From: a virus
Taxonomy: Duplodnaviria > Caudoviricetes
Virus record (IMG/VR): IMGVR_UViG_2663763243_000005
Span: 1-64,000 of that record
Strand: one strand, 5' to 3'
Length of the DNA stretch: 64,000 bases
This document shows positions 8,568 through 18,298 of this stretch, in pieces; the first letter of the stretch is position 1, and each line of letters begins with the position of its first letter. A program made the position numbers and the translations under genes. Under the pieces are notes generated by a model. That model saw nothing but the letters and a program-made list of their open reading frames with translations. It ran no database searches and was not told where the DNA came from.

Positions 8568-9194
8568 CTATATACCAATGATAATACTCAACGTCATTGA
8601 ACCATCTATTTTAACATTCTCTGTAATGGGGCCTTTCATATCAGCAACACTGCCAAGTCTCGGCATGACTTCAATATCAGCACTGAATACTTTTCCTGGT
8701 GCTTTTGTTGCATTAGCATGGACCCAGCTCAGCCCATTCAGTGGCCCAATGCTTAATGATAAAATAGCCGCAGCGGCTTCTTCCTGTTTACGGAAATATT
8801 TTGCAGTACCATCAACCTTTGCATTTGAAAAATAAACGCCGTAATCACCTATTTTTCCGGCGCCATTAACAAAACCTAATCCATAGCGACCTCCGGACGT
8901 GCTACTGCCAGCACGGTTATCGCTACCGGTCACGCTAACGTAGGTTTCAGCATCACAAATTACTGACCAGTTTTTGGTTATTGAAGGCAATACGGTGAGT
9001 GCCGAAGGTTTAACAGTATGCCCTGCAATTTCACCGACATTATAGACTCCGCCGTCTGGAGCCATGACAATACAACCAGGGGGGCTCACCTGACCTTTGA
9101 CTGTTAATTCTGCTGTTGGTGCTTTTGCGTTTGCTGCATTGAAGCCAAAAATCAAATAAGACAGTGCTGTAAGTGCTATCAGTTGCTTTTTCAT
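8568..9194 (-). CDS. DUF1120 domain protein (beta-fimbrial-like subunit)
   Basis: Signal peptide, APTAELTVKG..PPGC, CDAET, DNRAGS, YGLGFVNG.GKIG.Y, IDGSMT. Confidence 0.8.
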   Translation of the reverse strand: MKKQLIALTALSYLIFGFNAANAKAPTAELTVKGQVSPPGCIVMAPDGGVYNVGEIAGHTVKPSALTVLPSITKNWSVICDAETYVSVTGSDNRAGSSTSGGRYGLGFVNGAGKIGDYGVYFSNAKVDGTAKYFRKQEEAAAAILSLSIGPLNGLSWVHANATKAPGKVFSADIEVMPRLGSVADMKGPITENVKIDGSMTLSIIIGI

Positions 9195-9414
9195 GTTTAT
9201 AGTCTGAGGTTATTCTAATTACATTAGAAAATGTCAACACAATTGAGGTTATCAAAGTAACAATTTTATCAAAGTTTGATATTAATCAACATTTTACCTT
9301 GTTGAGGTGATTAAACAATAAACAAAAAGGGGCGTATATCAGAATGGAAGCTGACTTATTGTAAGATATTTCTTATGCGAGATAATTTATTGTTATTTTT
9401 ACAACAATAAATAC

Positions 9415-9610
9415 GGCTCTGTTGCAGTAATTCGTCGTCAGGCAATATGTTATTTTTTACGATGTTTTCTGCATATACCACTGAAAATACAGCACTGTTC
9501 ATTGATATGGTCGCGCAATGTATTTGGCTTGAACCTACACAATTTGGAGGAGATGATGGCAGAGTACGGTATTATCATTGACCATTCCCCGCTTTACCAT
9601 TGAGTCACGG
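9415..9610 (+). mobile_element. IS6-family remnant
   Basis: IR-like GGCTCTGTTGCA at 9415-9426; degraded transposase start reading VAQCI...EEMMAEYGIIIDHS. Confidence 0.6.
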
Positions 9611-9812
9611 AGTGCCCCTGCGTCCATAGCCATTTACGTTCAAAATATAGATTGACTCTTTTCACTGTCCGGCACAGCAGTTAGCTTTTCATGGCCATCA
9701 ACCTGTCGATATGTTCACATTTCTGGCGGTAATACATAGATAAAGAACGTTGCATTAGATTAGTTAGGCGTCATTTTGCAAACGATGAAGCCGCTAAGTA
9801 CTTCTTTCAAAA

Positions 9813-9956
9813 TTTCATGAGATCAGAAGTTTAGCCGGACGATTGTATGAAAAGGAAAAAGGTAAGAAATTTGCGATGAAACTACTGGGGCATAAATCGG
9901 AGAAGATGACGAACAAGTATCTTGATACGATAGGGAAAGAATACGTGATGCTATAA
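9813..9956 (+). pseudogene. 3' remnant of phage integrase
   Basis: FHEIRSLAGRLYEKEKGKKFAMKLLGHKSEKMTNKYLDTIGKEYVML, 45/47 aa identical to the C-terminus of Int 55438-56517. Confidence 0.92.
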
Positions 9957-9971
9957 AAGACCGAATATCAG

Positions 9972-10003
9972 ATTTCGATAAAATTTCGATAAATTTCGAT
10001 AAA
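9972..10003 (+). repeat. Three direct ATTTCGATAAA repeats, putative Int arm-type sites
   Basis: ATTTCGATAAAATTTCGATAAATTTCGATAAA, lying between the int stop and the core. Confidence 0.6.
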
Positions 10004-10040
10004 CCACAAAATTCACCTTTAAAATCAATGGGTTAAAAAT

Positions 10041-10058
10041 AGACCGAATACGATTCCT
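10041..10058. repeat. att core (left junction of main prophage), SdsR/RyeB 3' end fragment
   Basis: AGACCGAATACGATTCCT identical to 56602-56619; reverse complement matches the SdsR terminator arm AGGAATCGTATTCGGTCT. Confidence 0.88.
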
Positions 10059-10552
10059 CTTTTAGATTTAAAATGTTTTTTCTTTTTAAAATCAAAAAAT
10101 TAAATCAATATTACCTCAAAAAACACCTTCCGTTACCTTACTTTCCTAGCCTTTAAATTCATATAGTTAACAGCTAATTCGGAACCATTCGTAAAAATTT
10201 CGATACGTTTAATGCGTTCGGCTTGTGTTTTGTAGCAAGGTACGATTAAGTTTGACTGGCAGCTATGAGCGAGGAGCGGAAGTTACCCACTGACTTTTAT
10301 CATGGCATCTTAGTTCTACTGACATAGCTTATAGCCTAGCCAGAATAGTGAGATTATTGTAGACCCATGGCTAACCGCGATTATGCAGGAGGTTTCTTCT
10401 GAGACACAATCTACCGTACACAGCCTTGATTTACCTTTAATGCTGAAGCTAATCAGCTCAGAAGAGCGGCCTATGTATCGAAGTCGCGAGAAAAATAGTT
10501 AAAAAATCTTATATTTGTTATATGATTCCCAACAAAAAATTAGGAGGGAACC

Positions 10553-12022
10553 ATGAGTAGTTATACTAACTTTATGATGGGTATCATTTGCCATATAATA
10601 AAAAAAGCTCCATGTTGTTTTTCTGAAAGAATGAAGCAAGCAAGTGCTGCCTATTTTTATAACCGTAATGAAATCAAGAATAATAAGTTTACACAAGACC
10701 ATGAGAAAATTTCCAGTCATAGCTTGTTGTTTCCACGATATAACTGGACTGTTACTGGTGTTCAACATTTACAGCCGTTATCATTGCAGGATGCAATAAA
10801 AGCTAAGCGCTGGCATGAAAGAAATAGTACATGGAGGCGAAAGAGTGCGGATATAAACCCGACAATTTCACGTGAGTCATGGCTAGATAGGTTGTTTTTT
10901 ATCGATATTTTTGAAAATGCAAAAGTTCCTGAGCACCTTCTAATTCGGACCAATACTCAATTTGTTACCCATTGTTATTTATCGGTATTAGAACTTAAAG
11001 GTGGGCATTACTTTTTGTCAACAAGTTGGTATTTTACTGATGCTGTAACGCAGCTTCTGCAACATGTGCCTGTTGATGATATGCCTCTAAGCTCCATTAA
11101 TTACGAAACTTGCAATCCATTTAAACATAATTTTTCGGCTGCCATTCTACCTGGGCGATTAAATAAAAGCGACGATCGTTTGATTGCTAACATAGACAAA
11201 ATACACAAAGAAATAAAACGATTAGGTCGTATAGTTCAAAATCGTCTTGGGATTAGTGAGTTGCAAGAGGGTATTTATACTTTGAACGTATATAACGATG
11301 ACGACTGCTCTTATTTTGACAGTAAGCATTCTGACGAATTCAGGGGGGATTTCCGTATTGACCATCATGCTATCCACACCTCGATGTCGAGCTCCTCAAT
11401 TATTATGGGAGATAAGGCAGGTAAAGAGTTTTTGATTTCATCAGATTTGTTAAAGCGCTCAAATATTCCTTACCTAGCCATTTACTCAGTTCCCAAAGCA
11501 CATAAAATGAAAAACAAAGTTAATATCCCTCGTGACAAGGAATATTTCTCGGTTGAAGATTCAATTAATATTTTTCAGTTGCCATTGCTTTTAAACAAGA
11601 AGTTCGATGCGATAGTTAAATCGTACAGGAGAATAATAATTCTGAGCTATCGCAGTCCAGCTAAATACTATTATGATTTATATGACGCCAGCCTTGGATT
11701 AATGGAGATCATTAATCAAGCCAATGTATTAAGGAGTGACAAAACTTTATACATGCATAAAATTAGGGATGCATCGGCTAGCAGGATGCAGGAAATTATT
11801 TCTATGCAATTAGATAAATTCAATGCACTTTATGAGGATGTTATCGCTAAGAAAGAAATTTGCATAGAGAAAGTTTCGGCTAATAACCTTATTTATCAGA
11901 GGAAAATGACACATCTTGTCGTCCTGCTGGCTGTACTGCAGGTCGTAATTGCTATTATTTCGCTGAAAGATCCAAACATAAAAACGATAATTAAATCAAT
12001 TTGGCAAGGTGTAACTTCATAG
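10553..12022 (+). CDS. Hypothetical AT-rich moron protein with C-terminal helical region and TM helix
   Basis: 489-aa ORF, LVVLLAVLQVVIAIISL near the C-terminus, GGAGG RBS. Confidence 0.75.
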   Translation: MSSYTNFMMGIICHIIKKAPCCFSERMKQASAAYFYNRNEIKNNKFTQDHEKISSHSLLFPRYNWTVTGVQHLQPLSLQDAIKAKRWHERNSTWRRKSADINPTISRESWLDRLFFIDIFENAKVPEHLLIRTNTQFVTHCYLSVLELKGGHYFLSTSWYFTDAVTQLLQHVPVDDMPLSSINYETCNPFKHNFSAAILPGRLNKSDDRLIANIDKIHKEIKRLGRIVQNRLGISELQEGIYTLNVYNDDDCSYFDSKHSDEFRGDFRIDHHAIHTSMSSSSIIMGDKAGKEFLISSDLLKRSNIPYLAIYSVPKAHKMKNKVNIPRDKEYFSVEDSINIFQLPLLLNKKFDAIVKSYRRIIILSYRSPAKYYYDLYDASLGLMEIINQANVLRSDKTLYMHKIRDASASRMQEIISMQLDKFNALYEDVIAKKEICIEKVSANNLIYQRKMTHLVVLLAVLQVVIAIISLKDPNIKTIIKSIWQGVTS

Positions 12023-12496
12023 TAATATATAAGAAGTTATACTGATTTTTTCTATGTTGCGAATAATCTGAGTGAGAGGTTTATAAAAAATCCATCATTT
12101 TATTTTTACTTATATTTAATCCCGAAATTGTAGGGGGGAACTCAAAACACTTGTCCTGCAAGGAAAAGCAAAAAGTGTATTTCTATTCCGCGCTGCTATT
12201 TGGAAATGTAGAGAGTCCGCTCTTGGCACTAAGCCGACTGTCAGACCTAGCAAAGGTGTTTGATTAAGTATGAGTCGCTACAGATGATTGGTCTCATTTT
12301 TAAGTCACCGACCAATAATGCAATGAATAAATGAATAGACCGAGCGATTAAACTCAGAGCTTCTTGATAGCGCTTCGCTGCTGCAAGCTAGATGGCTAGC
12401 TTAACTCTTTTCTTCCTCCTCACCGAAAAATTACATAACCATGACAGTCTATTGATCAATCGACACAACTGTTAGAATAGCGTAATTCAGGCATGG

Positions 12497-14497
12497 ATGT
12501 TTTTGAATAATTCAGAGCAGGCAGTCATCTTAATGTTAGCAACAATTCCAACACAAAAAACAACATCGAATAAATTTCGTAATGATATCAATGGACTTCG
12601 AGCATGGGCGGTCATTGCCGTTGTTCTGTACCATTTTGGTGTGCCAGGGTTCTCGGGTGGGTTTGTCGGTGTGGATGTTTTCTTTGTCATCTCCGGCTTT
12701 TTAATGACCCGGATCATCGTTTCTGGCATGGAGTCAGGCAATTTTTCATTCTTACAGTTTTATCTGGCCAGAGCGCGAAGAATTATTCCCATGCTTTTGG
12801 TGCTATGTTTTGCTCTATTAATTTTTGGTTGGTTCTGGCTGCCTGAACATAATTATAAATTGCTAGCAACCCATGTGGTAAATACACTCTTTTTTATATC
12901 GAATATTAAATTTTGGCGTGAATCGGGTTATTTCGATGCGTCCTCACATGAAAAGTGGTTGTTACATACCTGGTCACTTTCTGTGGAGTGGCAGTTTTAT
13001 ATTATTCTGCCTATTATCATTTTTGTGCTGTGGAAGTTCATCAATTACAAGGCGGTTAAATTTGCCTTATTCGCACTAGGATTCCTATCACTGTGCCTTT
13101 CTATCTATGCTTCACAACGCTGGCCGTCAGCGGCGTTTTACCTTCTGCCAACCAGAATGTGGGAAATGCTAGCTGGGGGGATGGCTTGGTGGATAACGCG
13201 TAGAAAGGCATTGCCGGAGACTCTGGCGAGATATACAGAAGTTATCGGCATAGTATTTATCTCTGCGTCAATTGTGCTATTTAACTCATCAATTGTTTGG
13301 CCCGGTTCAAATGCGCTATTACCGGTAGCCGGTGCGGTGCTGGTACTGATTTCTGCGCGGCAAAAATCAATTTTCACCGCTAATATTATCGCTCAAAAGT
13401 TGGGGGCCAGTTCCTATTCTATCTATTTATGGCATTGGCCTATTGTCGTCGCATTAACTTATTTAAGTTTACTCAGTAACTATAAATGGGTGCTGCTGGC
13501 TTTAGTTGCTACCGTGATATTAGGTGAATTATCTCTTAAGTTAGTGGAAAATCCATCACGGAAAGTTTTCGCCAAATTATCCACCACCTCTAACCTGGTC
13601 TATATATCACTGTGTACACTGGTCGTTGGTGTGCTGGCACTGACAGTTAGGCACAGTACGCTCGATCGCGACATTATGGCAGATAAAGAAACCGTTGAGC
13701 TTTATGCAAAAATACAATCATTTCATGTAATGCCAAACCGAGATAATGGTTATTGTTTTTATAATGTTGACAGTGAGTCCGACCCCATCATCTCAATGGA
13801 AAAATCAGTGTGCAAACTGGGGGTTAAGTCATTGAAGCCAAAAGGTCTGCTTTTTGGTGACTCCTTTGCCGGACATTATGAACCCTTCGTCGATGAAGTC
13901 GCGAAGAAACTCGGTATATCAGTAGATTCCGTCACCACTAACTGGTGTTTCCCGAGCTTAACGGATTCAACCAATGGCACTAAAACACGAGTGGCCTATA
14001 AACAGTGCCTGTTAAATAGAGAATATCTAAAAGATAATATTTCAAAATATGATTTCGTTATATTTTCTGGCATCTGGTTTGATTTATATCGCAAAGGTTA
14101 TCAAAATGAAATTGTTGATGTGATTAAATATGCCAAATCTAAAGGGGTGAAAGTGTATGTCATGGCATCCCCAACACAATACGACATCAATGTTTTTGCT
14201 AATTTTATCGCTGCGGGAGTCAATGATTTACCGTTTAGATTAAAAGGTAATTCCAATAAAAAAGATGATGATACCCAAAAGATGGATATTATCTTCTCGC
14301 AATTAGAACAAGATGGGTATATAAAATTCATCAAAAAAGATGACATATTTGATGAAAGTGACTCATACCATTACAACGGAATAGAGATCCCCTACTCTCT
14401 TGACGGTGCTCATATCTCAATTGACAGTTCATTGATGGCTGCCAAACGATTTATTGAAACTGGTGTCTATAAAAAATACTTTTCAGATGTAAAGTAA
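12497..14497 (+). CDS. O-antigen acetyltransferase (acyltransferase-3 + SGNH, OafA/Oac-like)
   Basis: FRNDINGLRAWAV, GVDVFFVISGFLM, HTWSLSVEWQFY, SYSIYLWHWP; SGNH motifs GDSF and DGAH. Confidence 0.92.
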   Translation: MFLNNSEQAVILMLATIPTQKTTSNKFRNDINGLRAWAVIAVVLYHFGVPGFSGGFVGVDVFFVISGFLMTRIIVSGMESGNFSFLQFYLARARRIIPMLLVLCFALLIFGWFWLPEHNYKLLATHVVNTLFFISNIKFWRESGYFDASSHEKWLLHTWSLSVEWQFYIILPIIIFVLWKFINYKAVKFALFALGFLSLCLSIYASQRWPSAAFYLLPTRMWEMLAGGMAWWITRRKALPETLARYTEVIGIVFISASIVLFNSSIVWPGSNALLPVAGAVLVLISARQKSIFTANIIAQKLGASSYSIYLWHWPIVVALTYLSLLSNYKWVLLALVATVILGELSLKLVENPSRKVFAKLSTTSNLVYISLCTLVVGVLALTVRHSTLDRDIMADKETVELYAKIQSFHVMPNRDNGYCFYNVDSESDPIISMEKSVCKLGVKSLKPKGLLFGDSFAGHYEPFVDEVAKKLGISVDSVTTNWCFPSLTDSTNGTKTRVAYKQCLLNREYLKDNISKYDFVIFSGIWFDLYRKGYQNEIVDVIKYAKSKGVKVYVMASPTQYDINVFANFIAAGVNDLPFRLKGNSNKKDDDTQKMDIIFSQLEQDGYIKFIKKDDIFDESDSYHYNGIEIPYSLDGAHISIDSSLMAAKRFIETGVYKKYFSDVK

Positions 14498-14533
14498 ATA
14501 TACAATTAGCCGGGCGATAGCGCCCGGCATTGG

Positions 14534-15022
14534 TTACTCTGGTACCACCGGCCAGATAATATCAGGCGATTGCGCTATATCAATTCTCATTAAGAGAACC
14601 CGATATTTCTTCCATGCGGTAATCAATTCTTTTTCGCGCTCCGTTGCCATTGCCAGATCAACTGCGTCCTGAAGCGGTGCAATAGCCTCTGCGGCTAACG
14701 TTAATAAATTGGCTTTCTTGTATTCATCTGCCTTTTGCTCCAGTTCTGCATGGGTTCTTGCCAGCACCCAGCCGGAGCCATCCCATTCATAATAATTGCC
14801 ATCATCGGGACAGACTGATACAACACCATAATCCCCGGCTAAAGCTCGCTGGTAGATCTCAACACAATACGTCATAGAATCTACTGGCGCGGCGCTGAAA
14901 TTAAAGGTTCCACCGGCGATATTGTCAGTGATCGTAACATCAATATAGCGCTCGATATTCCGTGAGCGGGGCGCGGTGGCAGTAATTTTATCTATATCAT
15001 TAATCATGAGATACGCATCCAT
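14534..15022 (-). CDS. Tail fibre assembly chaperone
   Basis: C-terminal IAPLQDAVDL.MATE.E....AWKKYRVLLMRID..PDIIWP. Confidence 0.9.
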   Translation of the reverse strand: MDAYLMINDIDKITATAPRSRNIERYIDVTITDNIAGGTFNFSAAPVDSMTYCVEIYQRALAGDYGVVSVCPDDGNYYEWDGSGWVLARTHAELEQKADEYKKANLLTLAAEAIAPLQDAVDLAMATEREKELITAWKKYRVLLMRIDIAQSPDIIWPVVPE

Positions 15023-16026
15023 AATGTGTTTCGGGTAAGGCCATCATTAACCGCCGCAAAACCTTGGCAACGCCATGTCCCGGTTAATAGTGTTTGTCCG
15101 TTATTGTAGTTTGCAACGTTATTCCACTTTAATTCACTGCCCGCTTTCACATCCCCCGGATTAACGGCATTTCCGACATTGGTAGAATTGATGGCGAAAG
15201 CATAAGAGCCAATACCGTAAGTATCCGGCACTCTGGCTTGCGCTATTACATTGGCAATATAAGTGCTTAAATAGCCGCCCCATACTGAACCGTAGACATT
15301 CCCATCCGCAGCTAACCATGCCGCCGTATTGCCTGCATAAACCGCCCCAATAGATGAAATGCCACCTCCTGTTACAGTGCCTGCCGTAGTCAGACTGCCG
15401 GGTAATGTGATGGCGGCATTTGTGGATTGAACTGCATTAACAATACGTGTGTCATTGCCCGCAGCCACGGTGTTAGCGATAGACCCCACATCCAGCACTG
15501 CCGCACCTTTAAGCCCTAAATTGGTTCGTGCAGTGGTCTTGTTTGCCACATCATTCAAGTTTTGGTTTTTCAGTAATGCATTGGTAGCAATTGCCGCGGT
15601 ATCCGTTAAGCCAAGGTTAGCAATGGCGGCAGCTATTGCCTCCGGCCCCGCCGCCGCGATTTCAGCAAGGTTACTGGCTGTCTGCAAATAAGTGTTTGGC
15701 TCTTCTTTACGCCATACACCGATATCTAATGTGCCTGTGGGTTCTACGCCGGTGTTTTCTGACAATGCAATATAACTATTGCCACCGTGACTCACTCTCG
15801 CCCCTGCTTGGTAAGGCGCATCGGCAAACCAAATTAGCTGCCCAAGGTTTTGCAATTCCTGCAAGGCCAAATCGACCCGATTATGCCACCAGTTTTCCCA
15901 CTTGGCTTCGGGCGGATCTTCTGATGCACCCCCCGCCCAACCACGCGCAATCAGACCATCGCCGGGGCGTTCAAATTGCGCAGGTACACTGGCCCACGGC
16001 TGATTAAAGCTGTCATTTCTTGCCAT
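15004..16026 (-). CDS. Tail fibre protein
   Basis: Follows the baseplate genes; NLAEI/NLNDV..ARTNLGL repeats, DGNVYGSVWGGYLS motif. Confidence 0.85.
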   Translation of the reverse strand: MARNDSFNQPWASVPAQFERPGDGLIARGWAGGASEDPPEAKWENWWHNRVDLALQELQNLGQLIWFADAPYQAGARVSHGGNSYIALSENTGVEPTGTLDIGVWRKEEPNTYLQTASNLAEIAAAGPEAIAAAIANLGLTDTAAIATNALLKNQNLNDVANKTTARTNLGLKGAAVLDVGSIANTVAAGNDTRIVNAVQSTNAAITLPGSLTTAGTVTGGGISSIGAVYAGNTAAWLAADGNVYGSVWGGYLSTYIANVIAQARVPDTYGIGSYAFAINSTNVGNAVNPGDVKAGSELKWNNVANYNNGQTLLTGTWRCQGFAAVNDGLTRNTLWMRIS

Positions 16027-16039
16027 ATATTGGCTCCAA

Positions 16040-16684
16040 TTAGATATAAGCGCCCATGCCGTATGGCTGAGCGTCGAAGGTGCCTTTATAGGCAAAGGGA
16101 TGATGGTTAACGCGGATCAGGCTGGTTTTGACGCCTTGCGGTCGGGGGATTAAATCAAAAAGCTGAATAAGCACTAAGACATTAGCGGGGATCGGTTTAT
16201 CGACCCAGATAGTTTTCATGGTCATATCCTGCCCATCGATGATGGCGGAATTAACATCCAGAATATAATCAACGGCGGTTTTGATTTCATCCAAGGTGGC
16301 GTTGGTGTTATTTTTCTGGATCTTGGCTTTGATTAATACGCGATAGAGATAATCCGACACCGGAACTTTGCCGATTTGTTCATGCGGCGCTTTATACGGC
16401 GCAACATTATAGGGCTGTGCACCGCCAGTACCGTTATAAGCAAATATCGATAAGTAATCGCTGCGGATGAGTGGCCGCTCAGTAAATCCGGCAATGCGGC
16501 CACAGATATCCAGTTGATCGCCCTCGGCATTATCAATATCCAACAGGTTATTAATTTTAGTGATCTGCTCTTCCAGTGAAGATTGGCTGATATCCGGTAA
16601 AATACTGATCCATTCAAGCAGTTTCGGCGCATTTTTATATTGCAGGTAAATCCGTGACAGCGCTTTTTTACGGTGGTTATACAT
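16040..16684 (-). CDS. Baseplate protein (DUF2612)
   Basis: DIDNAEGDQLDICGRIAG, YRVLIKAKI, PRPQGV. Confidence 0.85.
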   Translation of the reverse strand: MYNHRKKALSRIYLQYKNAPKLLEWISILPDISQSSLEEQITKINNLLDIDNAEGDQLDICGRIAGFTERPLIRSDYLSIFAYNGTGGAQPYNVAPYKAPHEQIGKVPVSDYLYRVLIKAKIQKNNTNATLDEIKTAVDYILDVNSAIIDGQDMTMKTIWVDKPIPANVLVLIQLFDLIPRPQGVKTSLIRVNHHPFAYKGTFDAQPYGMGAYI

Positions 16685-17876
16685 AAACCACCTCGATATT
16701 CTCAGTACTGAACACCCCGAGCTGATTAAAGGCTATTCTCACTGCACTCTCATTGGCCTGCTCGACAGCAGTGCCAACGGTAATCGCATTCACAAAGCCA
16801 TTACCGGCCACCAAATAATTGACTGGGGTAAATAAACGGCCCGCGCCAATACTTTCACCAATTTTAAAGCCCAACTTAGAAAAGCCATTGGTCTGATCAA
16901 AACCGGTAATGCTGTAATCGACAATCGCCTGTTTAATCTCTTCGTCAATGAATTCGCTATTACTGGCGATCTCTACCCGTACATAAACCGGTATTAGTTG
17001 GGGGCGAAAAAAGGTTACGGTGATCGGGTTACCTTTTGGGGTAACAGTATCCAACGAGATTTTATTGGGGAAAGTGTTATAACGGTTTAACCCACAACCG
17101 GGGTTTTTATTGATGGCAATGCTGTTAATAACATCCTCGATGCTGCCACCATCAACAAATATCGCCATTGAGTGACCGAGCACCCCATTTTCGTCGGCTT
17201 GATCCTCAAAATTTTCATAAATACGCGCCCGTTTAACATCATCAATATTGACCAGCACCGCATAAATATTATCAATCTGATTGGAGCCAGGTAACGCTAC
17301 TGATTCATTGCGCCGGATGCGAAATGCGTTATTAGTTTCTTTATCCAATCCCATTGACGCTGCAGTGTTATTTGTCACCGCCGTAATGCCGCCGATCGGT
17401 GTGGCAATAATGGTAAGATTATGACTATTGGCCTCCTGCGCACCTGCCAGCGTACAAGTGACATTCACCGTCGCATTCCCTACCGCGTCAGTTACAACAT
17501 CACCATCGGTCGCCCATAAGGTATTAGTCGCCCTATTTCTGATTAATGTCCCGGCATTAATTGGAGTAAAAGCGATACCGTGAAAATTAACGGTGGCGGT
17601 TGAATAGGTCGCACTTTTGCGTTTGATTCCAGCGAACGCAGCAATGCGGTCTAATTGTTGGTCAATCGCTGAGTTGGGATCAGCGGCGTGATAAGCATTA
17701 ATTACCGCTTCATCCAGATTGGCTAATGCCTCACACCAGACCGCTATTGCCAGACCATCTGGTGATTCAGGATTAATATTCCAGCCGTCATCAATAGCAA
17801 GATAGCGCTGGCGCATAGTATCCAGATATTCACTCAGCGTGGTGCCGCTGGCCCCGTCACGATTTATGGTTGCCAT
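16677..17876 (-). CDS. Baseplate J/gp47 wedge protein
   Basis: ESPDG, DP.SA..QQLD...GIKRK.AT, G.DKET...FR.RR. Confidence 0.88.
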   Translation of the reverse strand: MATINRDGASGTTLSEYLDTMRQRYLAIDDGWNINPESPDGLAIAVWCEALANLDEAVINAYHAADPNSAIDQQLDRIAAFAGIKRKSATYSTATVNFHGIAFTPINAGTLIRNRATNTLWATDGDVVTDAVGNATVNVTCTLAGAQEANSHNLTIIATPIGGITAVTNNTAASMGLDKETNNAFRIRRNESVALPGSNQIDNIYAVLVNIDDVKRARIYENFEDQADENGVLGHSMAIFVDGGSIEDVINSIAINKNPGCGLNRYNTFPNKISLDTVTPKGNPITVTFFRPQLIPVYVRVEIASNSEFIDEEIKQAIVDYSITGFDQTNGFSKLGFKIGESIGAGRLFTPVNYLVAGNGFVNAITVGTAVEQANESAVRIAFNQLGVFSTENIEVVYV

Positions 17877-18256
17877 TAGATAAGATCCTCAGTGAACAGG
17901 AAATCAAATGCGTCGTTATTAATATCAATCACCGCGGCAAATATCGTTATTTTGCGATTTTTCATATCGAGATCCATTTCAAAGCGGTTAATAGTCAGCA
18001 CGCCTTTGGCCGCCAATAAGCGCTGTTTAATATTGGCTTCGGCAATGTCGCGTGAAGTTTTGCCCAATATGCTTTGAAACCACGGCGTTCCCTCGGTGGC
18101 ATCAAGAAAATACTCGCCAAGAAATAACCGCAGGCAGCAGATCATGGCTTGCCGGGTTTCTTCTTTGCCGCTAGCAAACTGGCTACCGTGGGTAACAATG
18201 TCACCATCTTGGAAATTGCGGATCACAGTGCCTCCGGAAACAAAAAGCCCCGGCAT
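17876..18256 (-). CDS. Baseplate wedge/sheath initiator (gp25/gp46-like)
   Basis: LRLFLGEYFLD.TEGTPWFQSILGK. Confidence 0.75.
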   Translation of the reverse strand: MPGLFVSGGTVIRNFQDGDIVTHGSQFASGKEETRQAMICCLRLFLGEYFLDATEGTPWFQSILGKTSRDIAEANIKQRLLAAKGVLTINRFEMDLDMKNRKITIFAAVIDINNDAFDFLFTEDLI

Positions 18257-18298
18257 AAGCCAGGGCGATAATAGGTAGGATTCAATCAGGGTAATGAG

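Larger units (their letters stand above)
1..10058. mobile_element. Degenerate/domesticated prophage (element 1), continues left of window
   Basis: Lysis genes, Q, repressor, pL leader and int 3' end are all homologous to the intact prophage to the right. Ends at att core 10041-10058. No cro, replication or recombination genes. Confidence 0.8.

Noticed and set aside
9972-10003. CRISPR-like or VNTR repeat
   Set aside because: Three 10-11 bp repeats without spacers beside an att core fit integrase arm sites better.
10030-10060. Intact sdsR/ryeB sRNA gene at either att core
   Set aside because: Only the distal terminator arm is present at 10041 and 56602; the sRNA body is not in the window.
14500-16100. 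Tail-fibre inversion system or diversity-generating retroelement
   Set aside because: No invertase, reverse transcriptase, inverted fibre cassette or template repeat is seen.
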